A stretch of 64,000 nucleotides of DNA from Hyphomicrobiales bacterium (GCA_027066315.1 JAMONZ010000094.1:2342-66341), one strand, 5' to 3'. Counted from the stretch's first letter, positions 47,125 through 57,594 are shown. A program made the numbers and translations. The notes: generated by a model from the sequence alone, not told the origin.

Positions 47125-48096
47125 ATGGAAATTTTTAACAATATTATCTTTTTGCTTGATTCAATGATTCGCCTAACAGTGCCGCTTTTACTTGCTGCGC
47201 TTGCTGGGCTTTATTCAGAGCGAAGCGGAGTTTTTGATATTGGCCTAGAGGGTAAAATGCTAGCTGGCGCATTTGGTGCGGCAGTGGTTGCTTATTTAAG
47301 CGGTAATATGTGGCTCGGTATGTTTGCGGGCATGGGTATTGGTATTGTCATGGCACTTATTCATGGAATTGCATCGATTACTTTTCGTGGCAATCAAATT
47401 ATTGCAGGGGTTGCGATAAATTTTCTGGCGGCTGGTTTAACCGTGTTTTTAGGGCAGTCTTGGTTTAAGCAAGGAGGGCGCACGCCAGCTTTGCCTGAGG
47501 GGGGGCGGTTTTTAGCAATTGATTTGCCTTTCGCTGATGCGCTTAAAGACGTGCCAATTGTTGGGGGCATATATTCTGAGCTAATTTCTGGGCATAATAT
47601 TATTGTCTATATTGCTTTTGCCATGGTGCCTTTTACTTATTGGCTTTTGTTTAAAACCAGATTTGGTTTAAGGCTTCGTGCAACGGGCGAAAACCCAAAA
47701 GCGGTTGATACTGCGGGGGTGAATGTTAATTTTATGCGTTATAAAGCGGTGCTTATTTGTGGTGCATTAACAGGGCTTGCTGGTAGCTACCTTTCAATTG
47801 CTCTTTCTGCTGGTTTTGGCTTGAATATGACTGCTGGAATGGGCTTTATTGCTTTGGCGGCGTTGATTTTTGCAAAGTGGCGGCCTTGGTATGTTTTATG
47901 GGCAACCTTGTTATTTGGGTTTTTAAATGCAGCGCAAATTCGCCTGCAGGGGGTTGAACTGCCCTATATTGGTGAAGTGCCAGTGCAGGCTATTCAAGCA
48001 TTGCCATATATTTTAACCGTTGTGCTTTTGGCAGGTTTTATTGGTAAGGCAGTTGGCCCAAAAGCTGGAGGTATCCCTTATGTTAAAGAACGTTAG
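47125..48096 (+). CDS. ABC transporter permease (second permease of the nucleoside system)
   Basis: 323-aa polytopic protein. AGGAGG lies 5 nt upstream of the ATG. Confidence 0.9.
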   Translation: MEIFNNIIFLLDSMIRLTVPLLLAALAGLYSERSGVFDIGLEGKMLAGAFGAAVVAYLSGNMWLGMFAGMGIGIVMALIHGIASITFRGNQIIAGVAINFLAAGLTVFLGQSWFKQGGRTPALPEGGRFLAIDLPFADALKDVPIVGGIYSELISGHNIIVYIAFAMVPFTYWLLFKTRFGLRLRATGENPKAVDTAGVNVNFMRYKAVLICGALTGLAGSYLSIALSAGFGLNMTAGMGFIALAALIFAKWRPWYVLWATLLFGFLNAAQIRLQGVELPYIGEVPVQAIQALPYILTVVLLAGFIGKAVGPKAGGIPYVKER

Positions 48097-48124
48097 ATTG
48101 CTTTAAAAAGCGTTAGGTCAAACT

Positions 48125-48541
48125 ATGAAAAAAGAAGATATTAATAAGGCATTATTCAATGCCGCAGAAAAAGTGCGAAAAAATGCCCATGTTCCCTATT
48201 CTAACTTTAAAGTTGGGGCGGCGATTTTAGCAGATGATGGCAATATTTATGCCGGCTGTAATGTAGAAAATGCAGCTTATCCTGAGGGTGTTTGTGCTGA
48301 AGCTGGGGCAATCTCTCAAATGGTGGCGGCTGGACAAAAGCAGATAAAGCGCATCTATATTACAGGGTCAGGGTTTGATCCCGTTATGCCATGTGGGGGG
48401 TGTCGCCAAAAAATACGTGAGTTTGCTTCCTTAGGTGTTATAATTATTTCACACGGAGTTGATGGTGAGCCACTTGAGAAAACCCTTGATGAATTATTGC
48501 CATTTTCTTTTGGCCCAGAATCTCTGGGAGTAAAAAAATGA
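48125..48541 (+). CDS. cdd: cytidine deaminase
   Basis: CAEAGAI and PCGGCRQ zinc-ligand motifs; 138 aa. Confidence 0.92.
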   Translation: MKKEDINKALFNAAEKVRKNAHVPYSNFKVGAAILADDGNIYAGCNVENAAYPEGVCAEAGAISQMVAAGQKQIKRIYITGSGFDPVMPCGGCRQKIREFASLGVIIISHGVDGEPLEKTLDELLPFSFGPESLGVKK

Positions 48542-49527
48542 ATTTAAAAATAGTTGGCTCTGATAGTGGTGTAGCTTTACACAAACGAAACCCTGGTTTT
48601 CCTTTAGATATGGATTGGCTTGATAGTGTGGTTATGAACCGTTCGGCTTTGGAGCGGAGAGCTGGCACAATTGGCGCAAGGCGTTCGGTTAAAAAAACCC
48701 ATCAAGCAGCTTGGTTGTTAAAAGCGATTAGTTTGATTGATTTAACCAGTTTAAATTCTGACGATACAGATGGCAGGGTGCGCCGACTTTGCGCTAAGGC
48801 AAAAAATCCTGTTCGGAGTGAGATATTACACGGGTTAGGTGCGTCTGAATTAGAGATAAAACCCGGAGCAGTTTGTGTTTATCATAATTTTGTTGCAACG
48901 GCCGTTGAGGCATTAGATGGAAGTGGAATTCCTGTAGCGGCGGTTTCAACTGGTTTTCCGCATGGTCTTTCTCCGCTTAAAACAAGGTTGTTGGAAATTA
49001 AAGCATCAGTAAAAGCGGGGGCTAAAGAAATTGATATTGTTATTGAGCGGGGGCAGGTTTTAAGTGGTGACTGGCTTGGGCTTTATAAACAGATGCAGGC
49101 TTTTAGAGAGGCTTGTGGTGAAGCGCATATGAAGACAATTCTTGGCACTGGTGAATTGGCAACTCAGAGCAATGTTGGCAAGGCCTCACTAGTTTGCATG
49201 TTAGCGGGGGCTGATTTTATTAAAACCTCAACGGGTAAAGAAAAGGTCAATGCAAATTTACAAACCTCTTTAACAATGCTTCGAATGATTAGATGGTTTT
49301 ATGAGGAAACAGGCATTGAAATTGGTTATAAACCAGCAGGTGGAATTTCTAGTGCAAAAGATGCTTTAACTTATATGGCGTTAGTGAAAGAAGAAATGGG
49401 GACAAAATGGCTTGCCCCGCATTTATTTCGCTTTGGCGCATCTTCCCTTTTAACCGATATTGAGCGGCAATTAGAGCATCAGGTTACAGGGCGTTATGCG
49501 GTCGACTATAATCAACCGTTAGTATAG
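48538..49527 (+). CDS. deoC: deoxyribose-phosphate aldolase, long form
   Basis: DFIKTSTGK Schiff-base lysine region. At 329 aa it has an N-terminal extension relative to the ~260-aa enterobacterial enzyme. Confidence 0.85.
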   Translation: MNLKIVGSDSGVALHKRNPGFPLDMDWLDSVVMNRSALERRAGTIGARRSVKKTHQAAWLLKAISLIDLTSLNSDDTDGRVRRLCAKAKNPVRSEILHGLGASELEIKPGAVCVYHNFVATAVEALDGSGIPVAAVSTGFPHGLSPLKTRLLEIKASVKAGAKEIDIVIERGQVLSGDWLGLYKQMQAFREACGEAHMKTILGTGELATQSNVGKASLVCMLAGADFIKTSTGKEKVNANLQTSLTMLRMIRWFYEETGIEIGYKPAGGISSAKDALTYMALVKEEMGTKWLAPHLFRFGASSLLTDIERQLEHQVTGRYAVDYNQPLV

Positions 49528-49545
49528 ATTTTTAAGAGAGAAAAA

Positions 49546-51918
49546 ATGAATATAACAGAAATATTTGAAAATCTAGATTATGGTAAAGCACCAGAAGATG
49601 CAAAGCTGGCTTATGCCTATTTAAAAGAGCAGGGTAGTTTTGGGCATTTCATTGATGGGAAGTTTACCAAGGCAAAAAATACATTTCCCTCCATCAATCC
49701 AGCTAATGGTGAAGAGCTTGCAAAAATAAGCGAAGGCACAAAGGGTGATGTTGATAAAGCGGTTAAGGCGGCTCGTAAGGCCTTTATTGGCTGGAGTGGA
49801 TTAAGCGGATTTGAGCGGGCAAAATATCTTTATGCTATTGCTCGTCAAATACAAAAAAATGCTCGTCTTTTTGCGGTGCTTGAAACTTTGGATAATGGCA
49901 AGCCAATTCGTGAAAGTCGTGATGCGGATATTCCGCTTGCAATTCGTCATTTTTATCATCATGCGGGTTGGGCGCAGCATATAAAAAGTCAATTTGCAGG
50001 CCATGAACCTTATGGAGTTTGTGGGCAGATTATACCGTGGAATTTTCCGCTGTTAATGCTTGCTTGGAAAATTGCACCAGCCTTGGCGGCAGGTAATTGT
50101 GTGGTGTTAAAACCTGCCGAGGCGACACCGCTCACTGCCATGCTATTTGCCAAAACTTGCCAAGATATTAACCTGCCCAACGGTGTTGTAAATATTGTTA
50201 CAGGGCATGGGGCAACTGGAGCGGCAATTGTTGAGCATGATGGCATCGATAAAATTGCCTTTACTGGCTCAACGCAAGTTGGCAAAATTATTCGTCAAAC
50301 AACTGCTGGTAATGGTAAAGGACTTTCGCTCGAATTGGGTGGAAAAAGCCCATATATTGTGTTTGAAGATGCCGATATTGATAGTGCTGTTGAGGGGCTT
50401 GTTGATGCGATTTGGTTTAATCAGGGTGAGGTATGTTGTGCTGGATCACGCCTTTTGGTGCAGGAAAGTATAGAGAAAAAATTCATTAAAAAATTAAAGG
50501 CTCGAATGAATAAATTACGGGTTGGCGATCCGCTTGATAAGTCAATTGATATTGGCGCAATGATAGATAAAAATGAAGTTGAGAGAGTTAGTAATATTAT
50601 TGCTGATGGTGTAAAAAACGGTGCTGAACTTTATCAACCAAAGGGTAATTTACCTAATCAGGGCTGCTATATAAAACCTACGCTTTTCACTAATGTATCA
50701 CCTTGTGATAATATTGTAGAGAAAGAAATTTTTGGTCCAGTTTTGGTTGCTATGTCTTTTCGTAACCCTGATGAGGCGGTGGCTTTGGCCAATAATTCTG
50801 CCTTTGGTTTGGCGGCCTCTGTTTGGAGTGAAAATCTTAATCTTGCACTTGATATTGTGCCACGTTTAAAGGCTGGTGTTGTGTGGGTAAATTGCGCCAC
50901 GCAATTTGATGCGGCGGTAGGTTTTGGTGGTTATAAAGAAAGCGGTTTTGGGCGTGAGGGCGGAGCTGAGGGCATGCAAGCCTATCTCAAACGCTCTTGG
51001 GAGAAAAAGCTAAAGCCGCATGAAAATAATCAAAATACACGCTCAAAAGCTGAGCCAGCTGCACTTGTTTCAAGCATTGATAAAACTGCCAAAAACTTTA
51101 TTGGCGGCAAGCAGGTGCGTGGGGATAGTGGATATTCTTATCCTGTTATTAGTAAGAGTGGGCAAGAGATTGCACAAGTTAGTGATGGTAATCGTAAGGA
51201 TATTCGCAACGCAGTTGAAGCGGCAAGGAAAGCACTTGTATGGGGTAATAAAACCGCTCATTTAAGGGCGCAAATTCTTTATTATCTTGGTGAAAATCTT
51301 GATTATCGTAAGGGTGAATTTGCAAAAAGACTGCGTCAATTGAATGGGTTAAGCATAGCAAAAGCAAATAAAGAAGTTGACCTTTCAATTGAGCGACTTT
51401 TTGCTTTTGCAGGCTTGGCAGATAAATATGATGGCAAAGTGCATAATCCGCCAATGCGAGCAATTGCTATGGCGATGAATGAGCCAATGGGAGTGATTGG
51501 AATTTGTACGCCAGAAAATAATTCGCTATTAGCACCCATCACAATGATGGCGGCGGCAATTTCTATGGGAAATCCTGTTGTACTTGTTCCATCAAAAAAT
51601 AACTCGCTTTTAATGAGTGATTTTTATCAGGTGATACAAACCTCAGATGTGCCAGCGGGAGTTATAAATATTGTTAGTGGAGAAGCTGATATTTTGGGCA
51701 AAGTTTTAAGCGAACATGATGGAGTTGATGCGCTTTGGTTTGCTGGAGCAGCTGATGATTGTGCAATTATGGAGGCGGCATCAGTTGGTAATCTTAAGCA
51801 GGTTTGGACAAGTGGTGGGCTTGATTATAACTGGGGCGATAATGAAAAAATGGCAGGGGAGTTTTTCTTAGAAAAGGCGACACAGGTTAAGAATGTTTGG
51901 GTTCCTTATGGGGTTTAA
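49546..51918 (+). CDS. aldehyde dehydrogenase with a second, degenerate ALDH-like domain (790 aa)
   Basis: Domain 1 has ELGGKSP and FNQGEVCCAGSR (catalytic Glu and Cys). The region from about aa 500 to 790 is ALDH-like but these motifs are not evident there. Confidence 0.85.
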   Translation: MNITEIFENLDYGKAPEDAKLAYAYLKEQGSFGHFIDGKFTKAKNTFPSINPANGEELAKISEGTKGDVDKAVKAARKAFIGWSGLSGFERAKYLYAIARQIQKNARLFAVLETLDNGKPIRESRDADIPLAIRHFYHHAGWAQHIKSQFAGHEPYGVCGQIIPWNFPLLMLAWKIAPALAAGNCVVLKPAEATPLTAMLFAKTCQDINLPNGVVNIVTGHGATGAAIVEHDGIDKIAFTGSTQVGKIIRQTTAGNGKGLSLELGGKSPYIVFEDADIDSAVEGLVDAIWFNQGEVCCAGSRLLVQESIEKKFIKKLKARMNKLRVGDPLDKSIDIGAMIDKNEVERVSNIIADGVKNGAELYQPKGNLPNQGCYIKPTLFTNVSPCDNIVEKEIFGPVLVAMSFRNPDEAVALANNSAFGLAASVWSENLNLALDIVPRLKAGVVWVNCATQFDAAVGFGGYKESGFGREGGAEGMQAYLKRSWEKKLKPHENNQNTRSKAEPAALVSSIDKTAKNFIGGKQVRGDSGYSYPVISKSGQEIAQVSDGNRKDIRNAVEAARKALVWGNKTAHLRAQILYYLGENLDYRKGEFAKRLRQLNGLSIAKANKEVDLSIERLFAFAGLADKYDGKVHNPPMRAIAMAMNEPMGVIGICTPENNSLLAPITMMAAAISMGNPVVLVPSKNNSLLMSDFYQVIQTSDVPAGVINIVSGEADILGKVLSEHDGVDALWFAGAADDCAIMEAASVGNLKQVWTSGGLDYNWGDNEKMAGEFFLEKATQVKNVWVPYGV

Positions 51919-51972
51919 AAATAGTTGTTTTATTTGATTGGTTAGGGTTGAGTCTATTTAAGAAAGAAAAAT

Positions 51973-53286
51973 ATGTTTTTACCGCAAGAAATAATAGCAA
52001 AAAAGCGTGATGGTGAAATTCTTAGCACTGATGAAATTGCTCGTTTTATTTCGGGCTTAAATCATGGCACTGTTAGCCATGCTCAGGCGGCGGCTTTTGC
52101 AATGGCGGTTTACTTTAACGATATGAATATTGATGAGCGAGTTGCATTAACTTTTGCAATGCGAGATAGCGGCAAAGTGCTTAATTGGTCGCATCTTGAT
52201 GGTGTAGTAGTAGATAAACATTCAACTGGTGGGGTTGGTGATAATGTTTCGCTTATGTTAGCCCCCATTTTAGCGGCATGCTCAGTTTTTGTGCCAATGA
52301 TTTCGGGGCGTGGGCTTGGTCATACGGGTGGCACACTTGATAAATTTGATGCAATTAAGGGCTATCAAACTAACCCTGATAATGAGCTTTTTATAAAAAC
52401 TGTTCAAGAGGTAGGTTGTGCAATAATTGGGCAGACGGAAGATCTCGCCCCTGCTGATAAAATTCTATATTCTATTCGTGATGTTACGGCGACGGTTGAA
52501 AATATTTCGCTTATCACTGCCTCAATTTTGTCTAAAAAACTATCTGCTGGATTAGATGCACTTATATTGGATGTAAAAATTGGCTCGGGAGCTTTCATGA
52601 AAACGCTTGAAGAGGCACATGGTTTAGCAGATAGTTTGGTCAATGTTGGCAATGGTGCGGGTATGAAAACGGGTGCGCTGATAACTGATATGAATGAGCC
52701 ATTGGCAAGTGCTGCGGGTAATGGACTTGAGGTTAGAAATGCTGTTGAATTTTTATCTGGAGCAAAACAAGATAAGAGGCTCAAAAAAGTAACGCTTGAT
52801 TTATGTGCGGCGGCTTTGGTGTTAGCGGGGGTGCAAAAAGATAAAAAAACAGCTTATAAAAAATGCGAAAAGGCACTTGATAGCGGAGCGGCTTTAGAAA
52901 AATTTAGCCTGATGGTTGCAGGACTTGGAGGGCCAATTGATTTTGTGAAAAATATGGATAACTATTTAATTTCCGCTCCAATTATAAAAGATGTTTTTGC
53001 CAATAAAAATGACATAATAAGCGCAATTAATACTAAGGCTGTTGGTATGGCGGTTGTTGTTTTGGGGGGTGGCAGAACTATGCCAAGTGATAAGATTGAC
53101 CATAGGGTTGGGTTTGATAATTTGGCGATTGTTGGGCAAAGGGTTGATAAAAAAACTCCAATTGCCCGTATTCATGCAAAAGATGAAACTAGTGCATTTG
53201 AGGCAAGTAAACGCCTTATTGAGGCTTATGAAGTTGGCGGAAGAGTAAAAAATAATCCGCTTGTTTATGATGAAGTGAACGTTTGA
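51973..53286 (+). CDS. deoA: thymidine phosphorylase
   Basis: MFLPQEIIAKKRDG N-terminus and DKHSTGGVGD and SGRGLGHTGGTLDK motifs. Confidence 0.92.
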   Translation: MFLPQEIIAKKRDGEILSTDEIARFISGLNHGTVSHAQAAAFAMAVYFNDMNIDERVALTFAMRDSGKVLNWSHLDGVVVDKHSTGGVGDNVSLMLAPILAACSVFVPMISGRGLGHTGGTLDKFDAIKGYQTNPDNELFIKTVQEVGCAIIGQTEDLAPADKILYSIRDVTATVENISLITASILSKKLSAGLDALILDVKIGSGAFMKTLEEAHGLADSLVNVGNGAGMKTGALITDMNEPLASAAGNGLEVRNAVEFLSGAKQDKRLKKVTLDLCAAALVLAGVQKDKKTAYKKCEKALDSGAALEKFSLMVAGLGGPIDFVKNMDNYLISAPIIKDVFANKNDIISAINTKAVGMAVVVLGGGRTMPSDKIDHRVGFDNLAIVGQRVDKKTPIARIHAKDETSAFEASKRLIEAYEVGGRVKNNPLVYDEVNV

Positions 53287-53296
53287 ATAGGGTTAT

Positions 53297-54517
53297 ATGA
53301 TGGCAAGAGTGATATTGTGCGTTTTAGATAGTTTTGGAATTGGTGGTGCGCCAGATGCTAAAGATTTTGGTGATGAGGGAAGTAATACATTCTTGCATAT
53401 TGCGAAGACTTGTGCGCAAGGAAAAGCGAATAAAGAGGGTGTTCGCTCTGGGGCATTAGATTTGCCAAACTTAGATGCGCTTGGACTTGGGGCAGCAGGG
53501 TTTTTATCATCGGGTGAACTTGCACCAAATTTTAACAAAGAAGCAAAAAATGGGTTTTGGGCGGTTGGGCGAGAGGTCTCGATTGGCAAAGATACTCCAT
53601 CTGGGCATTGGGAAATTGCTGGCGTTCCTGTGCCGTTTAACTGGGGATATTTTTCTAAAACTGATCCGTGTTTTCCCCCTGATTTGATTGAAAAAGTGAT
53701 AAAAAGAGCGGGCTTGCCCGGAATTTTGGGCAATATTCATGCCTCTGGCACTAAGATAATTGAAGATTTGGGAGAGGAGCATATAAAAACTGGTAAGCCG
53801 ATTTGTTATACTTCGGTTGATAGTGTGTTTCAAATTGCAGCCCATGAAGAATTTTTTGGCCTAGAGCGACTTTATGAGTTGTGTGAAATAGTTTTCAAAT
53901 ATACTGAGCCGATGAAAATAGGTCGGGTTATCGCTCGGCCTTTTGTTGGAGAAGATGCTAAGAGTTTTAAGCGTACAGGAAATCGCCGTGATTTTGCAAT
54001 GTCGCCGCCAGAGGATACATTGCTTGATCGATTAAAAAATACTGGCAGGCAAGTTTTTGCGATAGGGAAAATTTCAGATATTTATGCCACCCATGGAATA
54101 ACCCATAAAATTAAAGCACATGGAAATATGAACCTGTTTGATGCAAGCCTTGAGGCTATGGATATGGCACAAGATGGGGATTTGATTTTTGTTAATTTTG
54201 TTGATTTTGATAGTGAATATGGTCATCGCCGAGATGTGGTTGGTTATGCTAATGCTTTGGAGCAGTTCGATCAGCGTTTGCCAGAAATTTTTGCAAAATT
54301 AAGGCACGATGATTTATTGGTTTTAACGGCAGATCATGGCAATGATCCAACATGGGAGGGGAGCGATCATACAAGAGAGCAAATTCCTATTTTGTGTTAT
54401 TCTCCCTCGCTAAAGACAGGAAATGCAGGGTTGCGTTTAACTTTTGCAGATATTGGTGAGAGTATAGCCAAATGGCTTGGGATAAAAGCTGGCGAGCATG
54501 GAAAAAGTTTTTTATAA
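53297..54517 (+). CDS. deoB: phosphopentomutase
   Basis: [13 protein letters not shown] and TADHGNDPT motifs; 406 aa. Confidence 0.92.
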   Translation: MMARVILCVLDSFGIGGAPDAKDFGDEGSNTFLHIAKTCAQGKANKEGVRSGALDLPNLDALGLGAAGFLSSGELAPNFNKEAKNGFWAVGREVSIGKDTPSGHWEIAGVPVPFNWGYFSKTDPCFPPDLIEKVIKRAGLPGILGNIHASGTKIIEDLGEEHIKTGKPICYTSVDSVFQIAAHEEFFGLERLYELCEIVFKYTEPMKIGRVIARPFVGEDAKSFKRTGNRRDFAMSPPEDTLLDRLKNTGRQVFAIGKISDIYATHGITHKIKAHGNMNLFDASLEAMDMAQDGDLIFVNFVDFDSEYGHRRDVVGYANALEQFDQRLPEIFAKLRHDDLLVLTADHGNDPTWEGSDHTREQIPILCYSPSLKTGNAGLRLTFADIGESIAKWLGIKAGEHGKSFL

Positions 54518-54529
54518 TTGGGGAAAAAA

Positions 54530-55174
54530 ATGAGTAAAAAATATCAAGAAAATGTAACGATTGTAGATCACCCATTGGTACAGCATAAATTGAGTTTAAT
54601 GCGTGATGAAAAAACCTCAACCGCTGGTTTTAGGCTGTTATTGCGAGAAATTGCACATTTGCTTTGTTATGAGGTTACGCGAGATCTTGAGCTTGAAAAT
54701 ATTGCTATAAATACCCCTATGGGGGCAATGGATGCACCAAAATTAAAGGGTAAAAAGCTAGTTTTTGCTTCTATTTTAAGGGCGGGTAATGGCTTGCTTG
54801 AGGGCATGCTTGACCTTGTTCCATCGGCTCGAGTAGCCCATATTGGGCTTTATCGAGATCATGACACTTTAATGCCTGTTGAATATTATTTCAAAGCACC
54901 ATCGGATATTGCAGACAGGCTTACAATTGTTGTTGATCCAATGTTGGCAACAGCCAATTCTGCAATTGCGGCAATTGAGCGATTAAAGGATCGTGGGGCT
55001 AATAATTTAATTTTTCTTTGTCTTTTGGCCGCTCCTGAAGGTATAGCGGCCTTTACTAAAGCTCATCCAGATGTTCCAGTTTTTACTGCTTCAATTGATG
55101 ACCACCTAAATGAAAAGGGATATATTGTCCCCGGATTAGGCGATGCGGGTGATCGCATGTATGGCACAAGATAG
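54530..55174 (+). CDS. upp: uracil phosphoribosyltransferase
   Basis: [14 protein letters not shown] and [11 protein letters not shown] motifs. The ATG at 54530 is preferred over the TTG track start at 54518. Confidence 0.92.
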   Translation: MSKKYQENVTIVDHPLVQHKLSLMRDEKTSTAGFRLLLREIAHLLCYEVTRDLELENIAINTPMGAMDAPKLKGKKLVFASILRAGNGLLEGMLDLVPSARVAHIGLYRDHDTLMPVEYYFKAPSDIADRLTIVVDPMLATANSAIAAIERLKDRGANNLIFLCLLAAPEGIAAFTKAHPDVPVFTASIDDHLNEKGYIVPGLGDAGDRMYGTR

Positions 55175-55180
55175 GGCTAT

Positions 55181-55765
55181 TTAGTTTTGCGCCCATGCTG
55201 GGCAATCGTTATTTATTCCAATGCATCTTCCTTGTCGGGGAAGGTGGTAAAATTTTTGATAAAAGTTAATGTTATTTGGAAAAATATAATTTGTTAAAGG
55301 TCTGTAAGAAAGTGAGGCTTCTGAGATTATTACATAGTTATTTAGTGAGGCATTTCTTATATTCGCTGGTATATTTGTTGGGCTTTGTGCAACTCCACCA
55401 TTAGACCCTCTAGTCCAAACCAATCTAGCATTGCCATCAGCATCAATAAAAACATTGCTTACGACTTGTTGCACACCAAGATCATTATAGGGCGCAAGTA
55501 TTGTTTGAGATGCACTAAAATAATCATTTAGAGTATTTGCAGGTATATTGGTTCTGCTTTGAGCAACTAAATCGCCTAGTGCGGAAGCGATTGATGTAAT
55601 TCTGGAATGATATGAAATTGCTCGACTTGCTTCTGTTGCACCAAGATAGAGCAAAAGCAATATTGGAAGAATGAGAGCAAATTCAATTGCAGCCACACCT
55701 TGGCTGTCTTTTGTAAACCTAAAAGTTATTTTTTTTAATTTAGAAATCATCTTGGCATTCCTCAT
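55181..55765 (-). CDS. TadE/TadF-like pseudopilin-like protein
   Basis: TadE-like N-terminal motif GVAAIEFALILPILLLLYLG. Confidence 0.75.
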   Translation of the reverse strand: MRNAKMISKLKKITFRFTKDSQGVAAIEFALILPILLLLYLGATEASRAISYHSRITSIASALGDLVAQSRTNIPANTLNDYFSASQTILAPYNDLGVQQVVSNVFIDADGNARLVWTRGSNGGVAQSPTNIPANIRNASLNNYVIISEASLSYRPLTNYIFPNNINFYQKFYHLPRQGRCIGINNDCPAWAQN

Positions 55766-56323
55766 TTAAAACGGCTCGTTGCGCCATACTCGAGCAGAAC
55801 CAAGAAGTACTGTGCCATCTGGCCCAGCATTAATGTTTAGCCATCTAAAATTTATAACGGGGTCCCATTTATAATAAACTTCAGCTACTATTACTGAGCC
55901 TCCAACTCCATCGTTATATTGTTCTATAACATTCCAGTTTCCATTGACGGGGTTGGTTATAACGGGAACTGCATTAGCTGCATTAAATGTTGCAACTTCG
56001 CGAACTCGAATTCTCAGATCTTCACATGCCATCATACCCACTGTACCAGAGCAGACATCGGCTCTAAAACTAGTAATATTAAAATTAGCATTCTCTGCTT
56101 GGCCAGTTCTAATTAGCCGAACAGTATCGTTAACCGCATTATCTAAAATCATACCTGCAATGAAAATTATTGCAGTTTCTAGAATAACTAAAACAAGTGC
56201 TAAGAAAGGAATTGCAAGAAATCCAAATTCAATAGCCGTTACTCCTCTTTCATCACGTAAAAAAGAGCGTTTGGCATTGATATTCTTTTTAGAGATATGT
56301 CTCTTTTTAAAAATTTGCATCAT
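55766..56323 (-). CDS. TadE-like protein
   Basis: TadE-like motif GVTAIEFGFLAIPFLALVLVILE. Confidence 0.75.
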   Translation of the reverse strand: MMQIFKKRHISKKNINAKRSFLRDERGVTAIEFGFLAIPFLALVLVILETAIIFIAGMILDNAVNDTVRLIRTGQAENANFNITSFRADVCSGTVGMMACEDLRIRVREVATFNAANAVPVITNPVNGNWNVIEQYNDGVGGSVIVAEVYYKWDPVINFRWLNINAGPDGTVLLGSARVWRNEPF

Positions 56324-56435
56324 TTTTACTCATATATATTATTTGTTCTAAAAAGAGGTTATTAATATAAGAAAATGAAGCGCAAACTGTTTAGAGGGTG
56401 AAAACTTTGTTAATTTATTTATAGAAATTTTAGTA

Positions 56436-56936
56436 TTATTGAGCCGCTTGTTCAATAATTTGTGATGACGAAAGCGTATTTGAGGTGAAATCTGGATCAT
56501 CGCCAAGGGTTGCAGTTGGCTGACAAATAGGTTCGCATGCAAGAGTATTTCTCATCTGCCCAACATAAATTGTTACAACTGATGCCTTGGTTTGAATTAC
56601 TTCTATTAGCGTATCAGCTATTGGGTTTCCTGCAGCGTCAAGTACGATCAGGTTTGTTTGTCCGTAAGATTTGCCGGTTAGGATTAAGGTTTGCGCATCT
56701 TGGATTGTTACATCGGCAATACCGGGGTTTCCTATAATAACTGTGGCGGCTGGGGAGTTAACCCTTAAAACTCGAGCCATGTTTACATTTACAGTAACAG
56801 CACCTTGAACTGTTAGAGCAGGTTTTATTTGTGCTCCACTGACTTGTGACTGAGCTAGTGAGTAAGAAATGGGTGCAAAAATAGATGCAAAGCAAAATGT
56901 GCTAATCAATGTGAGAGAAGAAATTTTTTTAAACAT
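56436..56936 (-). CDS. pilus-assembly protein with a CpaC N-terminal-like (BON-type) domain only
   Basis: Signal peptide, then ARVLRVNSPAATVIIGNPGIADVTIQDAQTLILTGKSYGQTNLIVLD, resembling the N-terminal domain of CpaC/RcpA secretins. Confidence 0.65.
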   Translation of the reverse strand: MFKKISSLTLISTFCFASIFAPISYSLAQSQVSGAQIKPALTVQGAVTVNVNMARVLRVNSPAATVIIGNPGIADVTIQDAQTLILTGKSYGQTNLIVLDAAGNPIADTLIEVIQTKASVVTIYVGQMRNTLACEPICQPTATLGDDPDFTSNTLSSSQIIEQAAQ

Positions 56937-57261
56937 GAAGATCTTACCAAAAATATGAATAATAATTAATGTAACTATCGCTTGTAATGGTGAATAAATA
57001 GCAAACGAAATAGGAGTTAGGTATAAAAACTATAGAGAAACAAAAATAAACCGTTGAATCACTTGACTAAAAAACCTTGTTAACATGCTGATAACCATAG
57101 ATAACTTAAGTAGCTTTTAGATAAGTTTGCAACTTTAAAATTAAGATTTTTTCAATTGCTATTTGTTAGTCTGTTCTCATGTTCGGCGATTTAGTGTCGA
57201 ATTAGATATTAAATACCGAACTATACAGTCACTTTTGTGACGTGAAACTTAGGAGAATAAA

Positions 57262-57441
57262 ATGAATAAGATTGAAAAATTTATTAAAGACGAATCAGGT
57301 GCTACGGCTATTGAATATGGTCTAATTGCTGCACTTATCGCTGTTGCTATTATTGCTGGTGCATCTGCGCTTGGTGGCCAATTAGGTACAATGTTTACTA
57401 ATATTTCAACTAGACTTAGCCGTGTAAGAGTTCCACGCTAA
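57262..57441 (+). CDS. flp: Flp-family type IVb pilin (59 aa)
   Basis: Not in the ORF track. MNKIEKFIKDESGATAIEYGLIAALIAVAIIAG... contains the Flp G/ATAIEYGLI processing motif. AGGAG lies 7 nt upstream of the ATG. Confidence 0.9.
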   Translation: MNKIEKFIKDESGATAIEYGLIAALIAVAIIAGASALGGQLGTMFTNISTRLSRVRVPR

Positions 57442-57479
57442 TTTAGTTATTTGAAATAATATAGCTAATATGAATATTT

Positions 57480-57503
57480 GGGAGGCCTATGGCCTCCCTT
57501 TTT
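57480..57503 (+). terminator. rho-independent terminator after flp
   Basis: GGGAGGCC-TAT-GGCCTCCC hairpin followed by TTTTT. Confidence 0.7.
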
Positions 57504-57594
57504 GATTCTATAGTTTTTATAAGAATTTATATTTATATTAAAACAATCAAACTATCACAATGTTTGCTAATCACTTAAATAAGGTTTTTTAAAA

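Noticed and set aside
46881-47141. 86-aa minus-strand ORF across the GC-rich tandem repeat.
   Set aside because: It is a product of repeat composition, repeating PTPTPPPFSFFCRRWSLSLP-type sequence. It lies inside an operon junction on the opposite strand, with no RBS.
57080-57094. CtrA-like box TTAA-N7-ATAA upstream of flp.
   Set aside because: The second half-site is mismatched, and such a motif is expected by chance in AT-rich DNA. There is no second supporting site.
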